Shown here in pieces: positions 28,714 to 36,656 of a DNA stretch of 64,000 bases. The stretch is from an uncultured Clostridia bacterium. GTDB taxonomy: Bacteria; Bacillota; Clostridia; TANB77; CAG-508. The position numbers were made by a program, and so were the translations under genes. How positions within the stretch are numbered: the stretch's first letter is position 1; each line of letters begins with the position of its first letter. The notes beneath the pieces were generated by a model. It was not told where the DNA came from. It was given only the letters and a program-made list of their open reading frames with translations, and made no database searches. Location of the stretch: NCBI GenBank assembly GCA_947629085.1, contig CANRCM010000001.1:8059-72058 (forward strand), in the 5' to 3' direction.

Positions 28714-29715
28714 TTGAAAAAAATTGGTAAGCAAACTGTAAAATTTGATACACCCCCTACCATCGTTGATTGTAGTAGTATTGTAGGTCCAAAAGAATCT
28801 CAAGGACCTTTAGCAAAATATTTCGATAAAACTTTAGAAGATGAATTTTGGGGAGAAAAAACTTGGGAAAAAGCTGAGAGTAAAATTATTAAAGAAAATA
28901 TTAATTTATTAATTACCAAATCAGGAATAGCTACAAATGAAATTGATTGCGTTTTTGCAGGTGATTTATTAAATCAATGTATTTCTTCTAGTTTTGGATT
29001 AAGAGATGAAAATATTCCTTTTTTTGGAGTATTTGGTGCTTGTTCTACTTTTGTAGAATCATTAAGTCTAGGAGCTATTGCTGTTGAAGGTTTTGCAAAT
29101 AATGTTTTATGTGCTACATCAAGCCACTTTTGTAGCGCAGAAAAGCAATTTAGATTTCCACTAGAACTTGGAAATCAAAGGCCACCTACTAGCCAGTGGA
29201 CTGTTACTGGTTCTGGTGCTGCTATTTTATCAAAAAATGGTACTGGCCCTTATATTACTCATATTACTCCTGGTAAAATTGTGGACATGGGCATAAAAGA
29301 TGCTAATAATATGGGTGCTGCTATGGCACCAGCCTTTTGTGATACTTTAATTACACATTTTTTAGATACAGGTAGAAATCCAAGTTATTATGATGCTATT
29401 ATTAGTGGAGATTTAGGACATATTGGAAAAGAAATTGCAATAGATATAACAAAATCTAAAGGATATAATATAAAATCAAATTATAATGATTGTGGCGTTT
29501 TAATTTTTGATAAAAATTCTCAGGATACGCATTCTGGTGGCAGTGGATGTGCATGTTGTGGTTCCGTTTTTTCCGGATATTTTTTCAGGCAATTGAAACA
29601 AAAAAAATTGAAAAAAATATTATTAATAGCAACAGGAGCCTTAATGAACTCAACAAGTTCACAACAAGGTGAATCTATTCCTGGAATCGCACATGCTATA
29701 AGTATAGAAATTTAA
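28714..29715 (+). CDS. spoVAD: stage V sporulation protein AD (thiolase-fold)
   Basis: TTG start behind AGGAG. Collinear with SpoVAD ('GDLLNQ', 'FGACST'). Confidence 0.85.
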   Translation: MKKIGKQTVKFDTPPTIVDCSSIVGPKESQGPLAKYFDKTLEDEFWGEKTWEKAESKIIKENINLLITKSGIATNEIDCVFAGDLLNQCISSSFGLRDENIPFFGVFGACSTFVESLSLGAIAVEGFANNVLCATSSHFCSAEKQFRFPLELGNQRPPTSQWTVTGSGAAILSKNGTGPYITHITPGKIVDMGIKDANNMGAAMAPAFCDTLITHFLDTGRNPSYYDAIISGDLGHIGKEIAIDITKSKGYNIKSNYNDCGVLIFDKNSQDTHSGGSGCACCGSVFSGYFFRQLKQKKLKKILLIATGALMNSTSSQQGESIPGIAHAISIEI

Positions 29716-29759
29716 CATTTTATCTTAAAAAATAATTTTAAGAAAGGATATAAATAATT

Positions 29760-30152
29760 ATGAATATTAATTGGTCAAATGTTTTTGATTGGATGATGCT
29801 TTTAAAATGTTTTGTAACAGGTGGTTTACTTTGCGTCATTGGACAAATTTTAATTGACAAAACTAAATTAACTCCAGCAAGAATTTTAGTTATTTTTGTT
29901 ACAACAGGAGCAATTTTAGGAGGTCTTGGAATTTATAAATATTTAGTTGATTTTGCAGGTGCAGGAGCAACAGTTCCCCTTACTGGTTTTGGATATAGTT
30001 TAGCAAAAGGTGCAATTGAGGAAGTTTCTCAAAATGGTTTAGTCGGTGCATTTATCGGAGGTATAAAGGCAACTGCAGGAGGAATTGCAGCAGCAGTCTT
30101 TTTTGGATATTTAGCTTCTCTTATTTCAAAACCAAAGATGAAAAAACAATAA
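29760..30152 (+). CDS. spoVAE: stage V sporulation protein AE (AEB type)
   Basis: 130-aa membrane protein with 'GAGATVPLTGFG'. It follows spoVAD. Confidence 0.8.
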   Translation: MNINWSNVFDWMMLLKCFVTGGLLCVIGQILIDKTKLTPARILVIFVTTGAILGGLGIYKYLVDFAGAGATVPLTGFGYSLAKGAIEEVSQNGLVGAFIGGIKATAGGIAAAVFFGYLASLISKPKMKKQ

Positions 30153-30171
30153 TTTTTTATAAAAATTTTTT

Positions 30172-30193
30172 AGGTGGGATATTACTCCCACCT
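30172..30193. terminator. terminator hairpin after the spoVA operon
   Basis: Stem AGGTGGGA / TCCCACCT followed by a T-rich run. Confidence 0.55.
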
Positions 30194-30250
30194 AATTTTA
30201 ATTTAGTTATTTAATATTTTTCAATTGTTTATACGCTATTATTTTATTAT

Positions 30251-30281
30251 AAATAAAAAAAGGAACATTTTAGTAGTTCCT
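30251..30281 (-). terminator. terminator after rplT
   Basis: Stem AGGAAC / GTTCCT followed on the minus strand by TTTTTTATTT. Confidence 0.5.
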
Positions 30282-30287
30282 CTTTTA

Positions 30288-30638
30288 TTATGCTTTTTTT
30301 GCTATTTCAGCTATTTTTGTAAATGCTTTTGGATCTGATACTGCAATTTCAGCTAACATTTTTCTATTAATTGTTACATTAGCTTTCTTTAATCCAGCTA
30401 TCATCTTACTATAAGTTATTCCATTAATTCTTGCAGCCGCATTAATTCTTGCTATCCATAGTTTTCTAAAATTACTCTTTTTATCTTTTCTTCCTACATA
30501 TGCGTAAGATAGTGATTTCATAACTGCTTGATTAGCATTTCTAAATCTATAACTTTTTGCTCCATAGTATCCTTTAGCTTGTTTTAATATTTTTTTATGT
30601 CTTGCTCTCGTTGTTCTTGCTGTTTTTACTCTTGCCAT
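30288..30638 (-). CDS. rplT: 50S ribosomal protein L20
   Basis: 'MARVK...[16 protein letters not shown]' is canonical L20. Confidence 0.95.
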   Translation of the reverse strand: MARVKTARTTRARHKKILKQAKGYYGAKSYRFRNANQAVMKSLSYAYVGRKDKKSNFRKLWIARINAAARINGITYSKMIAGLKKANVTINRKMLAEIAVSDPKAFTKIAEIAKKA

Positions 30639-30673
30639 TTATTATTCACCTTCCCTTTTTCTAATTATTCGAT

Positions 30674-30877
30674 TTAGTTACCATATGGTAATAATTTTTT
30701 AATTGTATTTTCACAAGTTTTGCTTGCATAAGCATCTTGAATTTTTCCTGATTTTTTTTGTCTTTTTGTTTTATTTGCTAATAAGTGTCTTCTGTTTGAT
30801 TTTGTTCTTTTTACTTTTCCTGTTGCTGTTAAAGAATATCTTTTCTTTGCAGCTTTATTTGTTTTTAATTTTGGCAT
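30674..30877 (-). CDS. rpmI: 50S ribosomal protein L35
   Basis: 'MPKLKTNKAAKKR' is canonical L35. Confidence 0.95.
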   Translation of the reverse strand: MPKLKTNKAAKKRYSLTATGKVKRTKSNRRHLLANKTKRQKKSGKIQDAYASKTCENTIKKLLPYGN

Positions 30878-30921
30878 AATTTAAAACTCCTTTCGCTTTT
30901 TATATTATTTATTTTCACAGA

Positions 30922-31437
30922 TTATTTATCTGTTTTTTTAGCTAAGATCGTAAACATATTTCTACCTTCTAATTTAGGTCTTTTTTCTACTGTAGATATA
31001 TCTTCTAAATTTTCAATAAATTTATTCAATACAAGTTCTCCTGCTTTTGAATTATTGACTTCTCTTCCTCTAAATCTAACTGTTATTTTTACTTTATTTC
31101 CATCTGTTAAAAATTTCCTTGCATTTTTAGATTTAAATCCAAAGTCATGTTCTTCTATATTAGGAGTAACTCTGATTTCTTTTACTTCTAAAACTTTCTG
31201 TTTTTTCTTAGCTTCTTTTTCTTTTTTAGCTTGTTCAAATTTGTATTTTCCATAGTTCATTATTTTACAAACTACTGGTGTTGCATTTGGTGCAACTAAT
31301 ACTAAATCTAAATTTTTTTCTTCAGCTTTTTCTAAGGCTTCGTTTAAAGCCATAACACCTAGCTTTTCTCCGTTTTCTCCTATTAGTTGAACTTCTTTTG
31401 CTCTTATTTGTCTATTAATTGGTAATTCTTGTTTTAT
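30922..31437 (-). CDS. infC: translation initiation factor IF-3, probable non-canonical AUA start
   Basis: GGAGGTG is followed after 6 nt by ATA-AAA-CAA ('IKQELPINRQIRAKEVQLIGENGE'). The TTG given by the ORF track (31452) overlaps the SD sequence itself. Confidence 0.9.
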   Translation of the reverse strand: MKQELPINRQIRAKEVQLIGENGEKLGVMALNEALEKAEEKNLDLVLVAPNATPVVCKIMNYGKYKFEQAKKEKEAKKKQKVLEVKEIRVTPNIEEHDFGFKSKNARKFLTDGNKVKITVRFRGREVNNSKAGELVLNKFIENLEDISTVEKRPKLEGRNMFTILAKKTDK

Positions 31438-31454
31438 AAAAAACACCTCCAAAA

Positions 31455-31585
31455 TAAAAAATTTGACTTTCGTTACAAGTCAAATCCAAAATAAACCTAG
31501 CTAAATTAGTTTAGCTAAAATTATTTAATTTCTAACCTTTTTCCTTATTTAGATAAGGTGAGAAGTTTGACTTCTTCTTGTAACG
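31455..31585 (-). promoter_or_regulatory. L20-type leader/attenuator of the infC-rpmI-rplT operon
   Basis: Terminator TTTGACTTGTAACG-AAAGTCAAA + T7 lies directly before the SD. The 5' leader segment CGTTACAAG..GTCAAA is complementary to the terminator 5' arm and could act as an anti-terminator. Its position matches the Firmicute L20 leader. Confidence 0.55.
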
Positions 31586-31590
31586 TTTTT

Positions 31591-31620
31591 ATTCTAGCAT
31601 ATTTTTTGCCAATTTGTCAA
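31591..31620 (-). promoter_or_regulatory. sigma-A type promoter of the infC operon
   Basis: On the minus strand: TTGACA, 18 nt, then TGC-TAGAAT (extended -10). Confidence 0.55.
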
Positions 31621-31699
31621 GCATTTTTCTGGACTTTTTCTGGAATTTTTATATATTTTTTAATTTAATCATACTAAAAATATAAAAAAGAAAGAGAGA

Positions 31700-31975
31700 C
31701 TCTGAAATTTCAAAGTTCTCTCCTTCTATTTGCGTTTAGAAACAAATTAGGATAGTTTTACAGTGATAAGTGGTTACTTAATATAAAGCGTAGAACGAAA
31801 ACCAGTGTAGATATAGTTGCGATTATGAACGCCGAAATCACAATAGGAAACAGGATAACCGTTCTTTGATAGTCGATGCTACTTCCTTAGCATCGTTAAA
31901 ATTGACGTTTGCCCACCGCATAACTCTTTTTACAGACTGTAACTTACCATTTTTTGTTCTTTGAAATGTTATAAC
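31700..31975 (-). pseudogene. thrS: decayed relic of the 3' end of threonyl-tRNA synthetase (anticodon-binding domain) with its terminator
   Basis: A patch with more G+C than its surroundings and no long ORF. Minus-strand frames read '..RWANVN..DAKEVASTIKE|GYPVSYCDF..HNRN.I.TGFRS..K*PLITV..FVSKRK'. This is collinear with the ThrRS C-terminus as I recall it ('WLAPVQV...YAKKV...L..AGIRVE.D.R.EKIGYKIREA..KIPYMLVVG...V.VR.R'). Frames are broken and stops are present. A terminator follows at about 31690-31720. It sits in the syntenic thrS-infC position. Confidence 0.45.
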
Positions 31976-32109
31976 TAAAATATAAAATCTACCATATTTA
32001 TTATACTTTCAAGTTGATTTTTATCTTATTTTTTTATTTTCTCTAGTTTTATTGCTATTTATTAGAAAATACGATATAATGTTAGCATAATTTTGGAAGG
32101 AGCAATGAT

Positions 32110-32370
32110 ATGAAAGAAGTTCAAATCGGCAAAGTTTATCGCCATTTTAAAGGAAATTACTATTTTGTAGAAAATATTGCATATGATTCAGAAACTAAAG
32201 AAAGAATGGTTGTTTATAAACCTTTATATGAAAGAGAAGATTGTCGCCAAATTTGGATAAGACCAGAGAAAATGTTTTTAGAAGAAATACCGAACAGATC
32301 TGATAATATAACTGGTCAAAAAGTTAGATTTCAATTAGTAGATAGTATCCAAAAAAATTACCTAAAATAA
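32110..32370 (+). CDS. DUF1653-family small protein
   Basis: 'GKVYRHFKGNYYFVENIAYDSETKERMVVYKPLY' matches the DUF1653 pattern. A TTGCTA-17-TATAAT promoter lies upstream. Confidence 0.7.
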   Translation: MKEVQIGKVYRHFKGNYYFVENIAYDSETKERMVVYKPLYEREDCRQIWIRPEKMFLEEIPNRSDNITGQKVRFQLVDSIQKNYLK

Positions 32371-32419
32371 TATAAAAGAAAAAATATATTTGAATCAATA
32401 TATAATATGGAGGAGAGTT

Positions 32420-33706
32420 ATGATTGACATTAAATTTTTAAGAGAAAACCCTGAAATAGTTAAAGAAAATATTAAGAAAAAATTTCAAAATCAGAAACTT
32501 ATCTTAGTAGATGAAATAATTGAATTAGATAAGAAAAATAGAGAAACAAAATTGAATGGAGATAATTTAAGAGCAAAAAGAAAATCTTTAAGCACTCAAA
32601 TAGGTTTATTAATGAAGTCTGGCAAAAAAGAAGAAGCAGAAAATTTTAAAAAACAAGTTTCTGAAATAAATGCTAAATTAGATGAAAACGAAGAATTGGA
32701 AAATAAATATTCAAAAGAAATTAAATCAAAGATGATGAAAATACCAAACATTATACATGAATCTGTCCCTATTGGTGAAGATGATAGTAAAAATGTTGAA
32801 ATTCAAAAGTATGGTGAACCTATAATTCCAGACTATGAAATTCCTTTTCACGGAGAAATTTTGGAATCTCTTGGTGGTCTTGATTTAGATAGTGCTAGAA
32901 GAGTTGCTGGAAATGGTTTTTATTATCTTATAGGTGATATTGCACGACTTCATTCTGCTGTATTAACATATGCAAGGGATTTTATGATTAATAAAGGTTT
33001 TACTTATTGTATTCCACCTTATATGATTAGAAGTGATGTTGTAACAGGCGTTATGAGTTTTGAAGAGATGGATGCAATGATGTATAAAATTGAAGGTGAA
33101 GACTTATATTTGATTGGTACTTCTGAACATTCAATGATTGGTAAATTTAAAGATCAAATTTTAAAAAAAGAAAATATTCCATACACAATGACTTCTTATT
33201 CTCCATGTTTTAGAAAAGAAAAAGGTGCGCATGGAATTGAAGAACGTGGTGTTTATAGAATTCATCAGTTTGAAAAACAAGAAATGATTGTAGTTTGCGA
33301 ACCAGAAGATAGTTGGAATTGGTATGATAAAATGTGGTCTTATACAGTAGAATTTTTTAGAAGTATGAATATTCCTGTTAGAACATTAGAATGTTGTTCT
33401 GGAGATTTAGCAGATTTAAAAGCAAAATCTTGTGATGTTGAAGCATGGTCTCCAAGAAGAAAAGATTATTTTGAAGTTGGAAGTTGTTCTAATTTAACAG
33501 ATGCACAAGCTCGTAGATTAGGAATAAGAATCAAAGGAGAAAATGGAAATTATTTTGCTCATACATTAAATAATACTGTTGTTGCCCCACCTCGAATGTT
33601 AATTGCAATAATAGAAAATAATTATCAACCTGATGGAAGTATTATTGTTCCAGAAGTCTTAAGACCTTATATGGGTGGATTAGAAAAAATACAATTACAA
33701 AAATAA
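32420..33706 (+). CDS. serS: seryl-tRNA synthetase
   Basis: The ATG at 32420 lies behind GGAGGAG ('MIDIKFLRENPE'). The N-terminal coiled-coil arm and class II motifs ('FRKEKGAHG', 'GSCSN') are present. Confidence 0.95.
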   Translation: MIDIKFLRENPEIVKENIKKKFQNQKLILVDEIIELDKKNRETKLNGDNLRAKRKSLSTQIGLLMKSGKKEEAENFKKQVSEINAKLDENEELENKYSKEIKSKMMKIPNIIHESVPIGEDDSKNVEIQKYGEPIIPDYEIPFHGEILESLGGLDLDSARRVAGNGFYYLIGDIARLHSAVLTYARDFMINKGFTYCIPPYMIRSDVVTGVMSFEEMDAMMYKIEGEDLYLIGTSEHSMIGKFKDQILKKENIPYTMTSYSPCFRKEKGAHGIEERGVYRIHQFEKQEMIVVCEPEDSWNWYDKMWSYTVEFFRSMNIPVRTLECCSGDLADLKAKSCDVEAWSPRRKDYFEVGSCSNLTDAQARRLGIRIKGENGNYFAHTLNNTVVAPPRMLIAIIENNYQPDGSIIVPEVLRPYMGGLEKIQLQK

Positions 33707-33722
33707 GAAGGTGTAATTAATT

Positions 33723-34304
33723 ATGATAGTAAAAAATCCTAAATTTGAAATTTCGGCAGTTGGTCCTAAACAATATCCTAAAAATAATTTACCTGAAATA
33801 GTTTTAGTCGGTAAATCAAATGTTGGAAAATCAAGTTTTATAAATACTATGATTAATAGAAAAAGATTAGCTAGAACAAGTAGTAGTCCTGGTAAAACTC
33901 GTCAAATTAACTTTTATAATATTGATGAATTATTTTACTTTGTTGATTTACCTGGTTATGGATACAGTAAAATGTCTAAAAAGGAGCAAGAACAAGTTGG
34001 TACCTTTATTGAAAAATACTTATTCGATAGAAAACAAATTTTATTAATTATATTTTTAATAGATATTAGACACTCTCCTACAGCAAATGACAAACTTATG
34101 TATAATTATATTATTTCTTCAGGATTACCTTTTGTTATTTTAGCCAACAAAGCTGATAAAATTGCAATTACAAAAGTAGATAGTGCTATGTCTGATGTGA
34201 AAAAGCAAATCAATCCTATAGGAGATATTACTACACTTCCTTTTTCATCTGAAAGAAAAATTTATAAAGACGATGTTTGGAATTTTATTGAACAATATTT
34301 ATAA
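33723..34304 (+). CDS. engB: ribosome-biogenesis GTPase EngB/YsxC
   Basis: G1 'GKSNVGKSS', G3 'DLPGYG' and G4 'NKADK' motifs. Confidence 0.9.
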   Translation: MIVKNPKFEISAVGPKQYPKNNLPEIVLVGKSNVGKSSFINTMINRKRLARTSSSPGKTRQINFYNIDELFYFVDLPGYGYSKMSKKEQEQVGTFIEKYLFDRKQILLIIFLIDIRHSPTANDKLMYNYIISSGLPFVILANKADKIAITKVDSAMSDVKKQINPIGDITTLPFSSERKIYKDDVWNFIEQYL

Positions 34305-34319
34305 TTATATGTTAAAAGA

Positions 34320-34360
34320 CGATAAAAAGATTTTAGATTCTTTTTATCGCCTTTATATTT
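34320..34360 (+). terminator. terminator after engB
   Basis: Stem CGATAAAAAGA / TCTTTTTATCG followed by a T-rich run. Confidence 0.5.
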
Positions 34361-34362
34361 AT

Positions 34363-34641
34363 CTAACAACAACATTTATTTTTGTCTTTTTTTGATTTTT
34401 TATTACTACATAGTAATAATATAATACTTAATATCAACATTAGTCCTAAAACAACTGCTAATACAATAACTGCTGCTAAATCTCCTAATATTGTTCCAGA
34501 TATAGCTGCTCCAATTAGTATTCCAAGAACAAATGCAAATGCTGTTAATAATATAATTGTTGTAATACAAAAACAATTTTTTCTTTTTGTATCTTTTTCT
34601 TCTCTATTGTCATAACAATACATTTTTTCTTGTGGCTCCAT
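34363..34641 (-). CDS. small Cys-flanked membrane protein (hypothetical)
   Basis: 92 aa with two hydrophobic helices, an N-terminal 'CYDN..CFC' and a C-terminal 'KCCC'. No family was recognised. Confidence 0.4.
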   Translation of the reverse strand: MEPQEKMYCYDNREEKDTKRKNCFCITTIILLTAFAFVLGILIGAAISGTILGDLAAVIVLAVVLGLMLILSIILLLCSNKKSKKDKNKCCC

Positions 34642-34711
34642 ATTAAAGTCACCTCCAATATAGCATTATTATTAATACTATATTATATAATATGTTGTAT
34701 TTTGTAATTTG

Positions 34712-34900
34712 TTACGCCTTTTTTTCTATTTTTGTAATTGCTTTTAGTGCTTTATATCTTTCTAGCACAACAACATGACCACATTTTTGGCATTTTAGTT
34801 TGAAGTCAACTCCAACTCTTATTATTTCCCATAACTTACTACCACATGGATGTGTTTTTTTTGTTCTTACTATATCTCCAATATTATATTCCATAACCAT
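34712..34900 (-). CDS. DUF951-family small protein
   Basis: 'GDIVRTKKTHPCGSKLWEIIRVGVDFKLKCQKCGHVV' matches the DUF951 pattern. Confidence 0.6.
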   Translation of the reverse strand: MVMEYNIGDIVRTKKTHPCGSKLWEIIRVGVDFKLKCQKCGHVVVLERYKALKAITKIEKKA

Positions 34901-34929
34901 TTTTCTCCTTATGTTTTTATTATGATTTT

Positions 34930-36582
34930 TTATTTAATTGCTTTTTTAAATCTCTTTTGGATTGATTCTTTTCCTAAAACTTTCATAATTTCATACATAT
35001 CTGGTGTATTTGTTCTACCGGTTAATGCAACTCTTATTACTGTACTTACATCTCCAACATGTGCTTTATATTTTTCTGGATTTGCTTTAAATTCTTTAAC
35101 TTCTTTTGCAAATCCTAATTTGCCTGATAATTCTTTTATTTTGTTAAACCATTCTTGTTTATCATCGTTTTCATCATAATAATTTTCTATATATAGTTTT
35201 AATATTTTTTCTATAACATTCTTATCATTAATTACCTGGTATGGATATACTATATTAGAATTCATAAATTGATTATCATACATATATATAATATTTTCTT
35301 TTACATCTGACCATTTTGATATATCTTTTCTAGGTTTTTTATTTCCTCTTTCAATTCCTAAGACTTTTAATGAATATTCTTTATCTTGTAATATTTGTTG
35401 TAATTCTTTATCAAATTTTTCTGCCCATTTATATACTTTTTCATATATTTCTTTTGCAGTCATTTTAGATATAACTATTTTAGATACATCTAATAGTTTT
35501 ATCATATCAAATAAAGCTCCACTAACACTCATTTTATGTAATTCAAGTTCAAAATCCTCTTTTTCCTTATCTGGATTTGCTCTTCTCCAATTTTCAAAAT
35601 TAGAATTAGCAATATTTAGTAAATATTCTTTTACTGCATCTGCAGGTATACCTTCTTTTTCATAATAACTAACTGCTGCTTCGGGATCTTTTCTTTTGCT
35701 TAATTTTCTTTTATTACCATTATCATTTTTCATAATTGGAGCTATATGTGCATATTTAGGAGCTTTGAATCCCATTTCGTAAAACAATTGTAAATGCAAC
35801 GGAACAGATGAAAGCCATTCATCTCCTCTTATTACATGTGTAGTTCCCATTAGATGATCATCAACAATATGTGCAAAATGATATGTTGGAAGTCCATCTG
35901 CTTTTATTATAACTATATCTTGGTCATTTTCTGGAAATTCAACATTTCCTTTTATTATATCTTTATGCTTTATCTTTTTATCTTCTCTACCTGGAGATTT
36001 AAAACGAATAATATATGGATCTCCTTTTTTTATTCTGTCAATCGCTTCTTGAATACTTAAATTTCTATCTTTTGCCCATACTCCATAATATCCTGGTCTT
36101 ATACCTGCACTTTCTTGCTTGGCCCTTATTTCATCTAATTCTTCAGGTGTACAAAAGCATGGATATGCTTTTCTTTGTTGAATTAAGTGTTTAGCATATG
36201 CTTGATATATTTCTTTTCTTAGACTTTGTTTATAAGGTCCATAATTACCTATACTTTCTGTTTCAGAAATCATACCTTCATCTACTTCTATTTCATATTC
36301 TTTTAAAGATTGTATTATTTCATTTATGCCATTTTCTATTTCTCTTTTTTTGTCTGTATCCTCAATTCTTAAGAAAAATATTCCTTTTGTTTGTTGTGAT
36401 ATCTTTTTAGAAATTAAACTTTGATAAAGTCCTCCTATATGCATTAATCCTGTAGGACTTGGTGCATATCTCGTAACAATTGCTCCTTCTGGTAATTTTC
36501 TTATTGGATATTTTTTTTCATAATATGATATATCCTTTACTTCTGGAAATATTAAATCTGCTAATTCTTTACAATCTACCAT
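34930..36582 (-). CDS. gltX: glutamyl-tRNA synthetase (long form)
   Basis: 'TRYAPSPTGLMHIGG' (HIGH) and 'KLSKRK' (KMSKS) motifs. Confidence 0.9.
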   Translation of the reverse strand: MVDCKELADLIFPEVKDISYYEKKYPIRKLPEGAIVTRYAPSPTGLMHIGGLYQSLISKKISQQTKGIFFLRIEDTDKKREIENGINEIIQSLKEYEIEVDEGMISETESIGNYGPYKQSLRKEIYQAYAKHLIQQRKAYPCFCTPEELDEIRAKQESAGIRPGYYGVWAKDRNLSIQEAIDRIKKGDPYIIRFKSPGREDKKIKHKDIIKGNVEFPENDQDIVIIKADGLPTYHFAHIVDDHLMGTTHVIRGDEWLSSVPLHLQLFYEMGFKAPKYAHIAPIMKNDNGNKRKLSKRKDPEAAVSYYEKEGIPADAVKEYLLNIANSNFENWRRANPDKEKEDFELELHKMSVSGALFDMIKLLDVSKIVISKMTAKEIYEKVYKWAEKFDKELQQILQDKEYSLKVLGIERGNKKPRKDISKWSDVKENIIYMYDNQFMNSNIVYPYQVINDKNVIEKILKLYIENYYDENDDKQEWFNKIKELSGKLGFAKEVKEFKANPEKYKAHVGDVSTVIRVALTGRTNTPDMYEIMKVLGKESIQKRFKKAIK

Positions 36583-36656
36583 TATTTTTATTCTCCTTAT
36601 TTTTTATTATTATTTTTTCTATTGATTACTTGTTTATAAATTTTTTATATTTATGT

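Noticed and set aside
31685-31975. Candidate structured ncRNA (T-box, SRP RNA, 6S or a riboswitch), based on elevated G+C, no ORF, a GGAA-tetraloop hairpin (GATGCTAAGGAAGTAGCATC), a 'GGTGGGCA' element and a terminator.
   Set aside because: The T-box sequence and specifier architecture are absent. The hairpin lacks the SRP helix-8 internal loops. I could not build long-range pairing. The region translates, across broken frames, into a collinear ThrRS C-terminus, so a thrS relic explains it better.
31700-31975. Serine-recombinase N-terminal remnant ('KRV..ANV...GY.V....D.GV').
   Set aside because: The match to the ThrRS anticodon-binding domain is longer, collinear, and supported by thrS-infC synteny.
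32390-32419. The TTG start that extends serS by 10 codons.
   Set aside because: The ATG at 32420 is preceded by GGAGGAG and gives the canonical 'MIDIKFLR' SerRS N-terminus.
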